Shown here piece after piece: positions 36,649 to 45,905 of a stretch of 64,000 nucleotides of DNA. Below the pieces are notes generated by a model. It was given only the letters and a program-made list of their open reading frames with translations. It was not told the origin of the DNA and searched no databases. Within the stretch, counting starts at the first letter, position 1, and each line of letters begins with the position of its first letter. The stretch is taken from the NCBI GenBank assembly GCA_964454335.1, contig CAYVVT010000001.1, positions 432,083 to 496,082 on the forward strand. The letters are read 5' to 3'. The translations under genes and the position numbers were made by a program. Origin of the DNA: an uncultured Lentisphaeria bacterium (lineage in GTDB: Bacteria > Fidelibacterota > UBA8477 > JABMPR01).

Positions 36649-37643
36649 GCGGGATCAGCTCCCTGCGCATGGACGGCGGTGATAGCACTGACGGCCACAA
36701 GATCCTGGACACTGGCGCCGCGGCTCATGTCATTCACCGGTTTGGCAAAACCCTGGAGTATGGGTCCTATCGCTTTTGCGTCGGCCATGTACTGCACAAG
36801 CTTGTAACCGATGTTGGCAGAATCCAGATCCGGAAAAACGAGTACGTTGGCCTGTCCGGCAACTGTGCTTTCCTTGACCTTCTTGGCTGCAACAGAGGGA
36901 ATGATAGCGGCGTCAAGCTGGAGTTCACCGTCCATGTTGTATGCTGGACGTGCTGCTTTCGCCAGAGCCAGAGCCTCCAGGACCTTATCAACATCCGCAT
37001 GGCTGGCAGATCCTTTCGTGGAGAAAGAAAGAAACGCGATCTGAGGATCGGTTCCCAGAAGCTTGCTGGCATTGTCCCCGGCTGCGACAGCTATCTCTGA
37101 CAGCTGGCGTGCATCCGGTTGGATGGCAACCGCGGGATCGGCGAATACAAAAACCTTATCATCGCCCCCTTGAAAATGTGGGACGATCATGATGAAAAAA
37201 CTGGATGGTGTTGACAAGCCTTGCTGGAAGCCGACAGTGAGTGTAGCCGTTTGAATGACCAGACTGGTAGCGGTCCTTATCCCGGCGACCATGCCATCGG
37301 CGTAGCCATTCCGGAGCATCATACCCGCAAAAGACAGGGGTTTCCGCACCAGTTTATGGGCGATGGCCTCACGCATATCCCGGGAGTGGGCATAGTCCGA
37401 GGTGAATTCTGCAAGGAGTGATTCGTCATGATTGCTCTGGATGCTGAGCCCGGTGATGTCCACATCTGCCTCAGCCGCAGCTGCTTCGATATCCTCGGGG
37501 ATGCCCACCAGAATCGGATCCGCAATATTCTGATCACTGATGAGACGTGCAGCCTGAAGGATGCGGCTATCGACTGATTCCGGAAATACGATCCGCTGGG
37601 GATTTGAACCGGCCCGCTGTATGAAGGTCTGAATGATATCCAT
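36645..37643 (-). CDS. pta: Phosphate acetyltransferase (short form).
   Basis: A ~330-aa Pta/Ptb-family protein; 4-nt overlap with ackA. Confidence 0.85.
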   Translation of the reverse strand: MDIIQTFIQRAGSNPQRIVFPESVDSRILQAARLISDQNIADPILVGIPEDIEAAAAEADVDITGLSIQSNHDESLLAEFTSDYAHSRDMREAIAHKLVRKPLSFAGMMLRNGYADGMVAGIRTATSLVIQTATLTVGFQQGLSTPSSFFIMIVPHFQGGDDKVFVFADPAVAIQPDARQLSEIAVAAGDNASKLLGTDPQIAFLSFSTKGSASHADVDKVLEALALAKAARPAYNMDGELQLDAAIIPSVAAKKVKESTVAGQANVLVFPDLDSANIGYKLVQYMADAKAIGPILQGFAKPVNDMSRGASVQDLVAVSAITAVHAQGADPA

Positions 37644-38019
37644 GCCGCTTCCTTTTGCCTGTCAACAGCACATGTTAACATGTCTAGACAAGTTTCGAAA
37701 GCAGAACAGTGTTAGTTAATTGTACTTTATTAACAAACGTGAGTAGGGATTATACTGATAAAATGAATGTATATAATTGATATTATGAGAATTATAGAAT
37801 TCAAGGTGTGTAGGTGAGGTGCAGAATTGACTGAAAATATGCCTGGGTGCTACTCCGAAATCTATGAGGCGAGAGGAATCTCCAATCGTGTTTTCCCGAA
37901 GTAATTCTGGGCATTTCGACTTGCCCTTCACAGCTTGACCAAAGCATCTGATCCTTCGATACAACCTGCCAACGGCGGGTTGCCCAGGATGAATTGACAT
38001 CGTTAGTCCACATAAACGG

Positions 38020-38048
38020 AAAGGCCGCTGGGACAGCGGCCTTTTTCA
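38020..38048. terminator. Strong rho-independent terminator hairpin, usable on either strand.
   Basis: aggccgctg-gga-cagcggcct followed by ttttt on the + strand and preceded by an A-run (a T-run on the - strand). Confidence 0.6.
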
Positions 38049-38217
38049 TGGTTCCGTAAGCTTCTGTTATAGGCTAGGCAGATAGTCTGGTAGCAGAAGT
38101 CATGGTTTCAAAGTTCCCCTGGCGATCGTCGACCTACGATCGACTCAGGTACTGGAAGTATAAGACATTCTGCAAATCCCGGATTGATCCCGGTCACCGG
38201 TCTGATCCAGATCACAT

Positions 38218-38907
38218 CTAGAGTCCGATCCCGATGATCAGGCGCCATTCACTGCCGTGGTCATCTGACGTTGGGAACAGGTAGCCAAGTGACATCCACA
38301 GATGTTCACCGCCGTGGGAGAGGGTGGGCCCAAGCAGGCTGTGATCCGGCTCGACCTTCAACTCCAATCCAGCACCCCAGTGCTTGAAGAACTGATAACC
38401 CAGACCGGCGACATGTTCGAATTTTGTCTCGGTCTCATCTTCCTCGAACTCTATTTCGAATATAGGATTGTAGGCCATGTACCAGTTTCCCCGGGATCGT
38501 CCCAGAATGAGCTTCAACTCGAGTTCATGTTCCTCGAACTGGGCATCACGCTTGTACTCGGCATACAGTAAAGGATCGACAAACCACTTGCCACGTTCAC
38601 CTAGACGATAGCGGGAACGGATCTTGAATCCGTCATAGCCGATCCCGCTGGTGGAATCGTAACTGAATACATTGTAGAAACCCATATCGAAGTGATCGGT
38701 CATGCCGATCTCCAGCTCCGTTTGCAGGGAAACACCACTGATGTACTTCCCATCCGGATCCCACTTGACTGTGTGATAGTATTCAAGTTCGGCTTCACCG
38801 CGATGCATGCTCATGTACTCGTAGGTCCAAACGAAATGACGTTGGTCGGCCTCGATATTCGCCGGGAGCAGCACAAGTAACAGAAGCGGGGTGAAATTCT
38901 TCAACAT
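38218..38907 (-). CDS. Hypothetical secreted protein, possibly a small outer-membrane beta-barrel.
   Basis: Signal peptide MLKNFTPLLLLVLLPANIEA; alternating aromatic/hydrophilic pattern. Confidence 0.5.
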   Translation of the reverse strand: MLKNFTPLLLLVLLPANIEADQRHFVWTYEYMSMHRGEAELEYYHTVKWDPDGKYISGVSLQTELEIGMTDHFDMGFYNVFSYDSTSGIGYDGFKIRSRYRLGERGKWFVDPLLYAEYKRDAQFEEHELELKLILGRSRGNWYMAYNPIFEIEFEEDETETKFEHVAGLGYQFFKHWGAGLELKVEPDHSLLGPTLSHGGEHLWMSLGYLFPTSDDHGSEWRLIIGIGL

Positions 38908-39040
38908 TCTTCATTTCTCCAAATCCTGTGGCATAAGAAGCCATTATCCCGCTTCCGGATCGCACGAGAAAGTAAATGCGAATAATTCTCATTACCAAAT
39001 AGAAAATCACAGTTTTCAGAGTCTGGGAGTAAACAGTGTA

Positions 39041-41134
39041 CTAGTCGAGTTTACAGAATTTTTCCACCCGCTCCTGGTCACCGAAGATGATGAGTTGATC
39101 GTCCTGCTGCATCTTGTCAGTGGCTACCGGCATTCTATCCTGATTCTCACCGTCTACAACCCGACGAATGAGCAGGATCTCGATACGGTGCTTCTTGCGC
39201 ACATTCATTTCCATAATGCTGCGGCCGATGAATCTGGAAGGTGGGTTGATCTTGGCCATCAGGAATCCCGGCATGACTTCCATTTCTTCATGATCGTGAC
39301 GGTGGATGTATTTCATCGAGGTGGCAATGGCTTGTGCGGATTGCGATTTCAGCAGCTGCTCCTGGTACTTCTCCAGGATGCCGCTGCGCTCTACCTGGCC
39401 GGTAAGTTTTCCCTGGTTGTCAACCACTGGCAGAGCTTCCAGATCCAGCTGTGTCATAAGCCGCAGAGCGTGGTGCAAGGGCGTGGAATCTGTGATTGTC
39501 TCAAAATGGACGTTCATGACCTCCTTCACCACGGTATCCGATGCCACTTGCTCATGATGATCCAGAAAACGCCGGACGCTGTTCTGTGTAATGATCCCTT
39601 CGAGGACGCCCTCTTCATCTAGAACATATAGGTTGATCTCCTTGGACTTGGCCATGAGCTGCAGAAGGCTGGCCAGTGGCAAATCATCCTGCACACTCTT
39701 GACCATGAGCTGCTTCACGTGCTCCACCTCGATGCGATCCAGGACATTGCGATCACGTCCACCGGAGATGTCAATACCCCGGCGTTTCAATTTCAGCGTG
39801 TAAATGGTACCATCCTGCAGCTTGGAGGTGATGATCGTGGCCAGGATGCTGGCGATCATCAGCGGCAGGATCACAGAATATTCCGAGGTCATCTCGAAGA
39901 TGATCAGTACCGCGGTGACAGGGGCATTGGTCGTCGCCGCCACCATGGCAGCCATCCCCACCAGGGCATAGGCTCCCGAACTGGCTGTGATCGCAGGAAA
40001 AAGTGAATGTGTATAGAGACCAAAAGCTGATCCCAGCATGGCGCCGATGAACAGAGAGGGTGCGAACACTCCTCCTGAAGCACCATATCCCAAAGACAGG
40101 CTGGTGGCCAGGATCTTGGCAAAGATGAGGATGGTCACCATGATCACAGGCAGGGCACCCACAAGCACCAGGTCGATGGTGTCCAATCCAACTCCCATAG
40201 TGTGTGGCATAAAGGAAGCCAGACCTCCAAGGATTGCTCCGCCGATGATGGCTTTGAACTCATTGGGAACCCGCCAGCGATCGAAGCCGTCCTCCGCCAG
40301 ATACAATGTTTTGATGAAAAGCCAGCCCGCCAGACCCACCAGGATTCCCAGTATGGCATAGAAGATCAGTTCCCAGGGGGACTGAAGGCTGTACATGGGC
40401 GGCGTAAAGGCCGGGAAATCGCCTTCAATGCTGCGGCTGATCACTGTACCAAAAACCGAGGCCACGATGATAGGACCGATGGAGGCCACCGAGAAATCAC
40501 CCAGGATCACCTCGCTGGCAAAGATCGCCCCGGCGATGGGGGCATTGAAGGTTGCGGCAATACCGGCTGCAGCACCACATCCAATGAAGGTTTTCATACG
40601 GCGTGAGGACACCTGAAAGAGCTGTCCCACAATAGATCCGAAGGAGGATCCGATCTGGACGATAGGTCCCACGCGTCCCACAGAAGCTCCGGAGGCAATT
40701 GACATGGCGGAGGCCAGGGTCTTTACCAGCGCCACACGTACACGGATGAACCCGTTCTTGCGTGCAACGGCATCCATCACCTCCGGGACACCATGACCTT
40801 CCGCTTCCCGAGAGAACCGTGAGGCCAGGAATACAACAACAGCACCGACGCCAGCCGGAACCAGTATCTTCCGCCACAGGGGGGCATCGGCAACAGTCTG
40901 GTAAAAGAATCCATAGCCCCAGAACAACTGCTGTAACTGGAATATCAATTCCTTGAAACCGGACACGATGAGCCCTGCCGACACACCGATCAACACAGCC
41001 ATGGACAACACAAAGAGTTGATCAAAGGACTTCAACCGCATAAGAACCTTCTGCAGGATGGCATAGGATTCCCGACGCCTGCGCAGGTACCAGCGCAGGC
41101 GATGGATCCGTTCCTGTGATAAATTTTCTTTCAT
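39041..41134 (-). CDS. ClC-family chloride channel / H+-Cl- antiporter with a C-terminal CBS pair and a TrkA-C domain.
   Basis: GHGVPEVM, GSSFGSIVG and GGVFAPSLFIGAMLGSAFG are ClC selectivity motifs; CBS and RCK_C-like sequences sit at the C-terminus. Confidence 0.85.
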   Translation of the reverse strand: MKENLSQERIHRLRWYLRRRRESYAILQKVLMRLKSFDQLFVLSMAVLIGVSAGLIVSGFKELIFQLQQLFWGYGFFYQTVADAPLWRKILVPAGVGAVVVFLASRFSREAEGHGVPEVMDAVARKNGFIRVRVALVKTLASAMSIASGASVGRVGPIVQIGSSFGSIVGQLFQVSSRRMKTFIGCGAAAGIAATFNAPIAGAIFASEVILGDFSVASIGPIIVASVFGTVISRSIEGDFPAFTPPMYSLQSPWELIFYAILGILVGLAGWLFIKTLYLAEDGFDRWRVPNEFKAIIGGAILGGLASFMPHTMGVGLDTIDLVLVGALPVIMVTILIFAKILATSLSLGYGASGGVFAPSLFIGAMLGSAFGLYTHSLFPAITASSGAYALVGMAAMVAATTNAPVTAVLIIFEMTSEYSVILPLMIASILATIITSKLQDGTIYTLKLKRRGIDISGGRDRNVLDRIEVEHVKQLMVKSVQDDLPLASLLQLMAKSKEINLYVLDEEGVLEGIITQNSVRRFLDHHEQVASDTVVKEVMNVHFETITDSTPLHHALRLMTQLDLEALPVVDNQGKLTGQVERSGILEKYQEQLLKSQSAQAIATSMKYIHRHDHEEMEVMPGFLMAKINPPSRFIGRSIMEMNVRKKHRIEILLIRRVVDGENQDRMPVATDKMQQDDQLIIFGDQERVEKFCKLD

Positions 41135-41275
41135 GCAGTTTCCCGGATTGGCGGCAAAATAATCTTCATCGCCGATTCTTCCCAGTCGCTATTCTTCTAT
41201 CAGAATGACAGTGATCGAGTTTAAATTACATCCGTATTGGAGAATCTGATGAGTGATCCAACATCATTTCGGGGG

Positions 41276-42655
41276 ATGCGGATCCTGATCCTTGTCCTAT
41301 CTATGATCATGACAGTTGGGGTGTTTGCCCAGGATGTCCCGGTGGACAGTCTGGCAGCCTATCGCCAATTGCTGGAGACCGCCCTTCTCGATATGAAGAT
41401 CAGTCACGAGGAACGCGCCCTGCTTAATGTGGCCGGGATGCAGCACAACGTGTCTATTGACAGGATGAAAGCACTTGAGGACGAGATCCTGGGAAGTCTG
41501 GAGAAGCCTCTCGACCAATCTGGTCGCTGGCCGCTTGTGGCCCAGAACATGGCCCTGGGTGCGGGTCTGTACGGCTGGGCGATCCCAGAGGTCCTGAATG
41601 CCACCGACGATAAATGGGTCATAGGGAGTGAAATGGTCTCACTGGGTGCGTCATTCTACCTCACATATCGTTTCACAGAGGACATGACAATCAACCATGC
41701 CAGGGCGCAAGTGCTCCGTTCCGGCGCTTTACTGGGACTGCGGTATGGCCTGGGTTTAAGCAGCATATTCGAGCTTAGTCTAGAGGAAGATGAAGACATC
41801 GGACTGGAGAGAGATAAGAGAGCCCTGCTCCTCATGATGACCGCAACGCCGCTGGGAATGGTCCTGGCTGATCGGAGCTACCAGAAGGAGTTGCCAAACC
41901 ATGGTCAGGCCTGGATCCAGGATCTCTGGGGAATTGTTGCCGGGGTGACTGCGATGTCTTTTTATACCCTTATCGAAGAATCACCAGACGAACCTGATTT
42001 TGGTATTGATGATACGGAAGATTGGGGTGAAGCAACGGCAGACTGGGGTGATGCGGAATGGGCGGCTCACGATTCACTCTGGGAGGAATATGACCGGGAG
42101 TATGATGCTTTCGCCAGAAGGCGCACCATGCTGGAACTGCCGGTATATCCCCTGGGGATCTACTGGGGATTGCGTTATACCCGGGATGATCCCCAGACCT
42201 TCGGTGACGCCTTGATGCTTTATCAGGGATACGGAGCAGGCTGGCTATACAGCATTTTGACCCTGGAGTTACTCATCGGTGTTGACAACATGAGTGAGGG
42301 TGCCTTCCTCTCCACTGCCAGTCTGGGGGCTATCGGGGGGATCTATGCCTATGACCGGATGATCCGTCCATACGACTACACCTTCGGCCAATTCTTTCTC
42401 TCATCGCTGGGTACTGCCTCCGGTTTCGCCTTCGGTTTTGGGTTGAGCATCATGGCGGATATCATGGATCAGCAGATCGGAGCGCTCCCGGTCATCGCAG
42501 GCGGTGTAGCTGGCACATACCTGACACAGGGCATTCTTGATCTCCAGCCTGCTGGTTCGCTCTCGGAGAATGGCAGGGGGACACAGCTGGATATCCTGCC
42601 CTATTATTCAATGCGATCAGGACAATATGGTCTGACACTCTCCTTAAGCTTATAA
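41276..42655 (+). CDS. Hypothetical secreted/membrane protein with repeated glycine-zipper-like segments.
   Basis: Signal peptide MRILILVLSMIMTVGVFAQD; no family was recognised. Confidence 0.45.
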   Translation: MRILILVLSMIMTVGVFAQDVPVDSLAAYRQLLETALLDMKISHEERALLNVAGMQHNVSIDRMKALEDEILGSLEKPLDQSGRWPLVAQNMALGAGLYGWAIPEVLNATDDKWVIGSEMVSLGASFYLTYRFTEDMTINHARAQVLRSGALLGLRYGLGLSSIFELSLEEDEDIGLERDKRALLLMMTATPLGMVLADRSYQKELPNHGQAWIQDLWGIVAGVTAMSFYTLIEESPDEPDFGIDDTEDWGEATADWGDAEWAAHDSLWEEYDREYDAFARRRTMLELPVYPLGIYWGLRYTRDDPQTFGDALMLYQGYGAGWLYSILTLELLIGVDNMSEGAFLSTASLGAIGGIYAYDRMIRPYDYTFGQFFLSSLGTASGFAFGFGLSIMADIMDQQIGALPVIAGGVAGTYLTQGILDLQPAGSLSENGRGTQLDILPYYSMRSGQYGLTLSLSL

Positions 42656-42753
42656 TTCCACTGTGGATAAAATTCGGGATAATCTCAGTTGGGCCTGGCT
42701 CTGGCTCGTGCAGTCCCTGCGCCGTTCAACACGGAAACAAGGTGAAGTAATCG

Positions 42754-43271
42754 AGGTAAATATGACGAAAACAGCATTGGATTGGATCTTCAGCCGACGA
42801 AGCATTCGTAAATATCATCCCATGGCGGTGGAAGTTGAAAAGGTCGATCTCATTCTCAAAGCAGCCATGGCCGCACCATCCGCAAATAATTCCAAACCCT
42901 GGCATTTTGTCGTGATGCAGGATCGATCACGACTCGATGAGATCGCCACGACCCATCCCTATGCCAAGATGGTCTATGAAGCCCCGCTGGTGATCGCCGT
43001 CTGTGGCGAGGTCAAGCTGTCGAAGAAATACTGGGTGCAGGATTGTTCCGCCGCCACACAGAATATCCTGCTAGCCGCCAGGACTCTTGGATTGGGATCC
43101 GTATGGCTTGGGGTTCATCCCCGGTTGAAACGCAAGGAAAGCCTGAAAGAATTGTTGAGGATCCCGGAAGGTGTTGAGATCCTCTCTATGGTGGCCATTG
43201 GCTATGGTGCAGAGGAGAAGGAAGCCAGGACACAATATGATCCATCTCGGGTGAGACAGGAGGAGTGGTAG
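42754..43271 (+). CDS. Nitroreductase-family protein.
   Basis: RRSIRKY...AAMAAPSANNSKPWHFVV matches the nitroreductase fold. Confidence 0.8.
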
Positions 43272-43359
43272 CAATAATTGAATACAGAATGTCAAAGGAG
43301 CGTTAATGACGAACCGTTCTAAGTTCGACATTCCTTGCTTGATATTCTGAGTCCAATCA

Positions 43360-44424
43360 ATGCAAACACCACGAGCCATACTGCACCTGGACCTCGATGC
43401 TTTTTTCTGTGCCGTCGAGGTTCTGAAGGATCCCAGCCTGGAAGGGCTGCCTCTGGTTGTGGGTGGCAGTTCCAAAACCCGGGGTGTGGTGGCGGCGGCA
43501 TCCTACCCTGCACGGGAATACGGCATCCATTCTGCCATGCCCATGATCGAAGCCCACCGGCGCTGCAAGGACCTGGTGGTTCGGGGATCCAACTTCAAAG
43601 CCTACCGCATGTATTCCAAGATCGTCATGGGCATCCTGCGCAGTGAATCGGACGTCATTCAGCAGGTGAGTGTTGACGAGGCCTATCTCGATCTCAGTTC
43701 GAAGGTCGAGGAGTGGGTTGAGGCCTCGGAGATCGCCAGGAAGGTCCAGCTGAAGATCTCCAGGGATATCGGTCTGTCTGCCTCCGTGGGCATCGCAACC
43801 AACAAGATGTTGGCCAAGATCGCCTCGGATTTCCAGAAGCCCAATGGACTCACCGTTGTTCCCCCGGGTACGGAGGAGGATTTCCTGGCGCCGCTGTCAG
43901 TGAAGAAGATCCCGGGGATCGGACCCAAGAGCACGGAGAAACTGGCCAAATATGGTATTCTCACCGTGGCTGATCTGCGTACCCTCACCAAAGAACAGCT
44001 TGAGAGACGATTTGGGAAATTTGGCCGTGGTATGTACCGCTGGGCCCGAGGGATAGATGATCGACCAGTTCATGAAGGTCATGAAGCCAAATCAGTCAGC
44101 ACTGAAAGAACCTTCTCTACAGACATATCTGATGAAAATGAGTTGATGGAGATCCTGGAGAATCTGAGCCACAAAGTTGCCGATCACCTGGACAAGGACA
44201 ATCGTGCAGGCTCGACCGTGACCATCAAGATGCGCTATGCTGATTTCTCCACTTACACTCGACAGCATACCGGTATCGAAGCCATATGGGAGGGGAGCCG
44301 GATCTACGACATCGCACGACGACTGTTCACGCGGAACTGGATCCCGGGAGCTGCGGTCAGGTTGTTAGGAGTCGGTGTAAGCCACTTCACCGAGCGGAAA
44401 GGGCAACTCAGGCTGGATCTGTGA
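43360..44424 (+). CDS. dinB: DNA polymerase IV.
   Basis: ILHLDLDAFFCAVEVL...LPLVVGG... is Y-family polymerase. Confidence 0.9.
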   Translation: MQTPRAILHLDLDAFFCAVEVLKDPSLEGLPLVVGGSSKTRGVVAAASYPAREYGIHSAMPMIEAHRRCKDLVVRGSNFKAYRMYSKIVMGILRSESDVIQQVSVDEAYLDLSSKVEEWVEASEIARKVQLKISRDIGLSASVGIATNKMLAKIASDFQKPNGLTVVPPGTEEDFLAPLSVKKIPGIGPKSTEKLAKYGILTVADLRTLTKEQLERRFGKFGRGMYRWARGIDDRPVHEGHEAKSVSTERTFSTDISDENELMEILENLSHKVADHLDKDNRAGSTVTIKMRYADFSTYTRQHTGIEAIWEGSRIYDIARRLFTRNWIPGAAVRLLGVGVSHFTERKGQLRLDL

Positions 44425-44539
44425 AATCAGTAGCATGGAGTAAAGGAATACAGGAGCATGCCGCGCTGATGTTCATCGAGCATAGGCGGGTAAGGGAGTA
44501 AAGGAGCGCTAGCGCTACCTCATTTTTCAAAGCTAAGTC

Positions 44540-45124
44540 TCAAAGATCCTTCAATTCAGCATAGCGGTAGCAGCTCACCTCATGGTCATTCACCATCCCC
44601 ACGGCCTGCATATGGGCGTACATCACCGTGGTGCCCAGGAATTTGAAGCCCATGGTCTTCAGGTTCCTGGCGATCTCATCCGAAAGCTCGGTGCTGGCAG
44701 GGATATCACCCATGCGCTGCCAGGTGTTCACCTGTGGCTTACCGTCAACGAAGGCCCACAGATAATTACAGAATGAACCATGCTCAGCAGCCACCTCCAG
44801 GAATCGTTGGGCATTGTTGATGGTGGCCCTGATCTTCAACTGGTTGCGAACGATGCCCGCATTTCCCAACAGCTCCTGGACTTTCTGCTCATCATAGCGA
44901 GCGACTTTCTCCACGACGAACTGGTCAAAGGCCAGCCGAAAATTTTCCCGCTTCCGCAAGATGATCTCCCAACTCAATCCGGCCTGGAAGGCTTCCAGGG
45001 TGAGAAACTCGAACATGAGCTGGTCGTCCCGAACGGGAACACCCCATTCCTCGTCATGATATTCTCGATAGAAATCCTTATCGAGATTGACCCACTGACA
45101 GCGTTGTTTACCATCATTATGCAT
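44540..45124 (-). CDS. tag: DNA-3-methyladenine glycosylase I.
   Basis: CQWVNLDKDFYREYHDEEWGVPVRDDQLMFEFLTLEAFQAGLSW matches the Tag family. Confidence 0.9.
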   Translation of the reverse strand: MHNDGKQRCQWVNLDKDFYREYHDEEWGVPVRDDQLMFEFLTLEAFQAGLSWEIILRKRENFRLAFDQFVVEKVARYDEQKVQELLGNAGIVRNQLKIRATINNAQRFLEVAAEHGSFCNYLWAFVDGKPQVNTWQRMGDIPASTELSDEIARNLKTMGFKFLGTTVMYAHMQAVGMVNDHEVSCYRYAELKDL

Positions 45125-45193
45125 TAAACCACCGCATTCCCGCTATTAATGACGGAAAGCTATTCATTTAATCCGTAATTCTTAATTCCTAAT

Positions 45194-45886
45194 TCAGTCG
45201 GGGTGGACCATGGGAACGAATCGAACCGGAATAATGGTCTGCTGTTTGATCTTGCCACTCTCAGTCTTGCGCAGGGTCTTGAGCTCCTGGTAGTAATCAC
45301 CCACAGGCAGCACCATGATCCCACCAGGCCTGAGCTGCTCGACAAGAGCCTGGGGGATTTCCGGTGGTGCAGCCGTGACAATGATACGATCAAAAGGGGC
45401 GTGTTCAGGCCAGCCCTTGTACCCGTCGCCCCATCTGACGGTTACATTCTCGTAGCCCAGAGCTTTGAGCCGGGCAGCTGAGCTGTCGGCCAGCACCTCG
45501 ATGATCTCGATGGTGTAGACCTCCCGGGCAAGTTTTGACAGAATGGCCGCTTGGTATCCAGAACCGGTGCCAATCTCCAGGACCTTTTCCTTTCCGGTCA
45601 GTTCGAGTTGATCGGTCATGAGCCCCACGATGTATGGCTGTGATATCGTCTGACGTTCCCCGATGGGCAGGGCATGATCCTGGTAGGCATGGATGCGCCA
45701 GGCAGGTGGCACGAATAGGTGTCGGGGTGTTGTACGCATGACCTCCAGTACTGCAGGATCAGACACATCCCGGGACTGGATCTGGGTCCTGACCATTGCT
45801 GCGGCATCTGCTTTCCAGCCTTCCTGTGCCTGGCAGGATATCACAAAACACAGCAGGATGATGGGATATTTGGATCTGAGAGTCAT
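45194..45886 (-). CDS. pcm: Protein-L-isoaspartate O-methyltransferase with an N-terminal signal/lipoprotein-like peptide.
   Basis: TISQPYIVGLMTDQLEL...VLEIGTGSGYQAAILS; the start was chosen at MTLRSKYPIILLCFVISCQA to avoid a 98-nt overlap with the upstream gene. Confidence 0.85.
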   Translation of the reverse strand: MTLRSKYPIILLCFVISCQAQEGWKADAAAMVRTQIQSRDVSDPAVLEVMRTTPRHLFVPPAWRIHAYQDHALPIGERQTISQPYIVGLMTDQLELTGKEKVLEIGTGSGYQAAILSKLAREVYTIEIIEVLADSSAARLKALGYENVTVRWGDGYKGWPEHAPFDRIIVTAAPPEIPQALVEQLRPGGIMVLPVGDYYQELKTLRKTESGKIKQQTIIPVRFVPMVHPD

Positions 45887-45905
45887 GTCGGCTCCTCTCT
45901 GCTGA

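Noticed and set aside
44495-44530. Possible terminator gcgctagcgc + T-run between the convergent dinB and tag genes
   Set aside because: The palindrome gives only a 5-bp stem with a 2-nt loop, too tight for a stable intrinsic terminator. Not reported as a feature.
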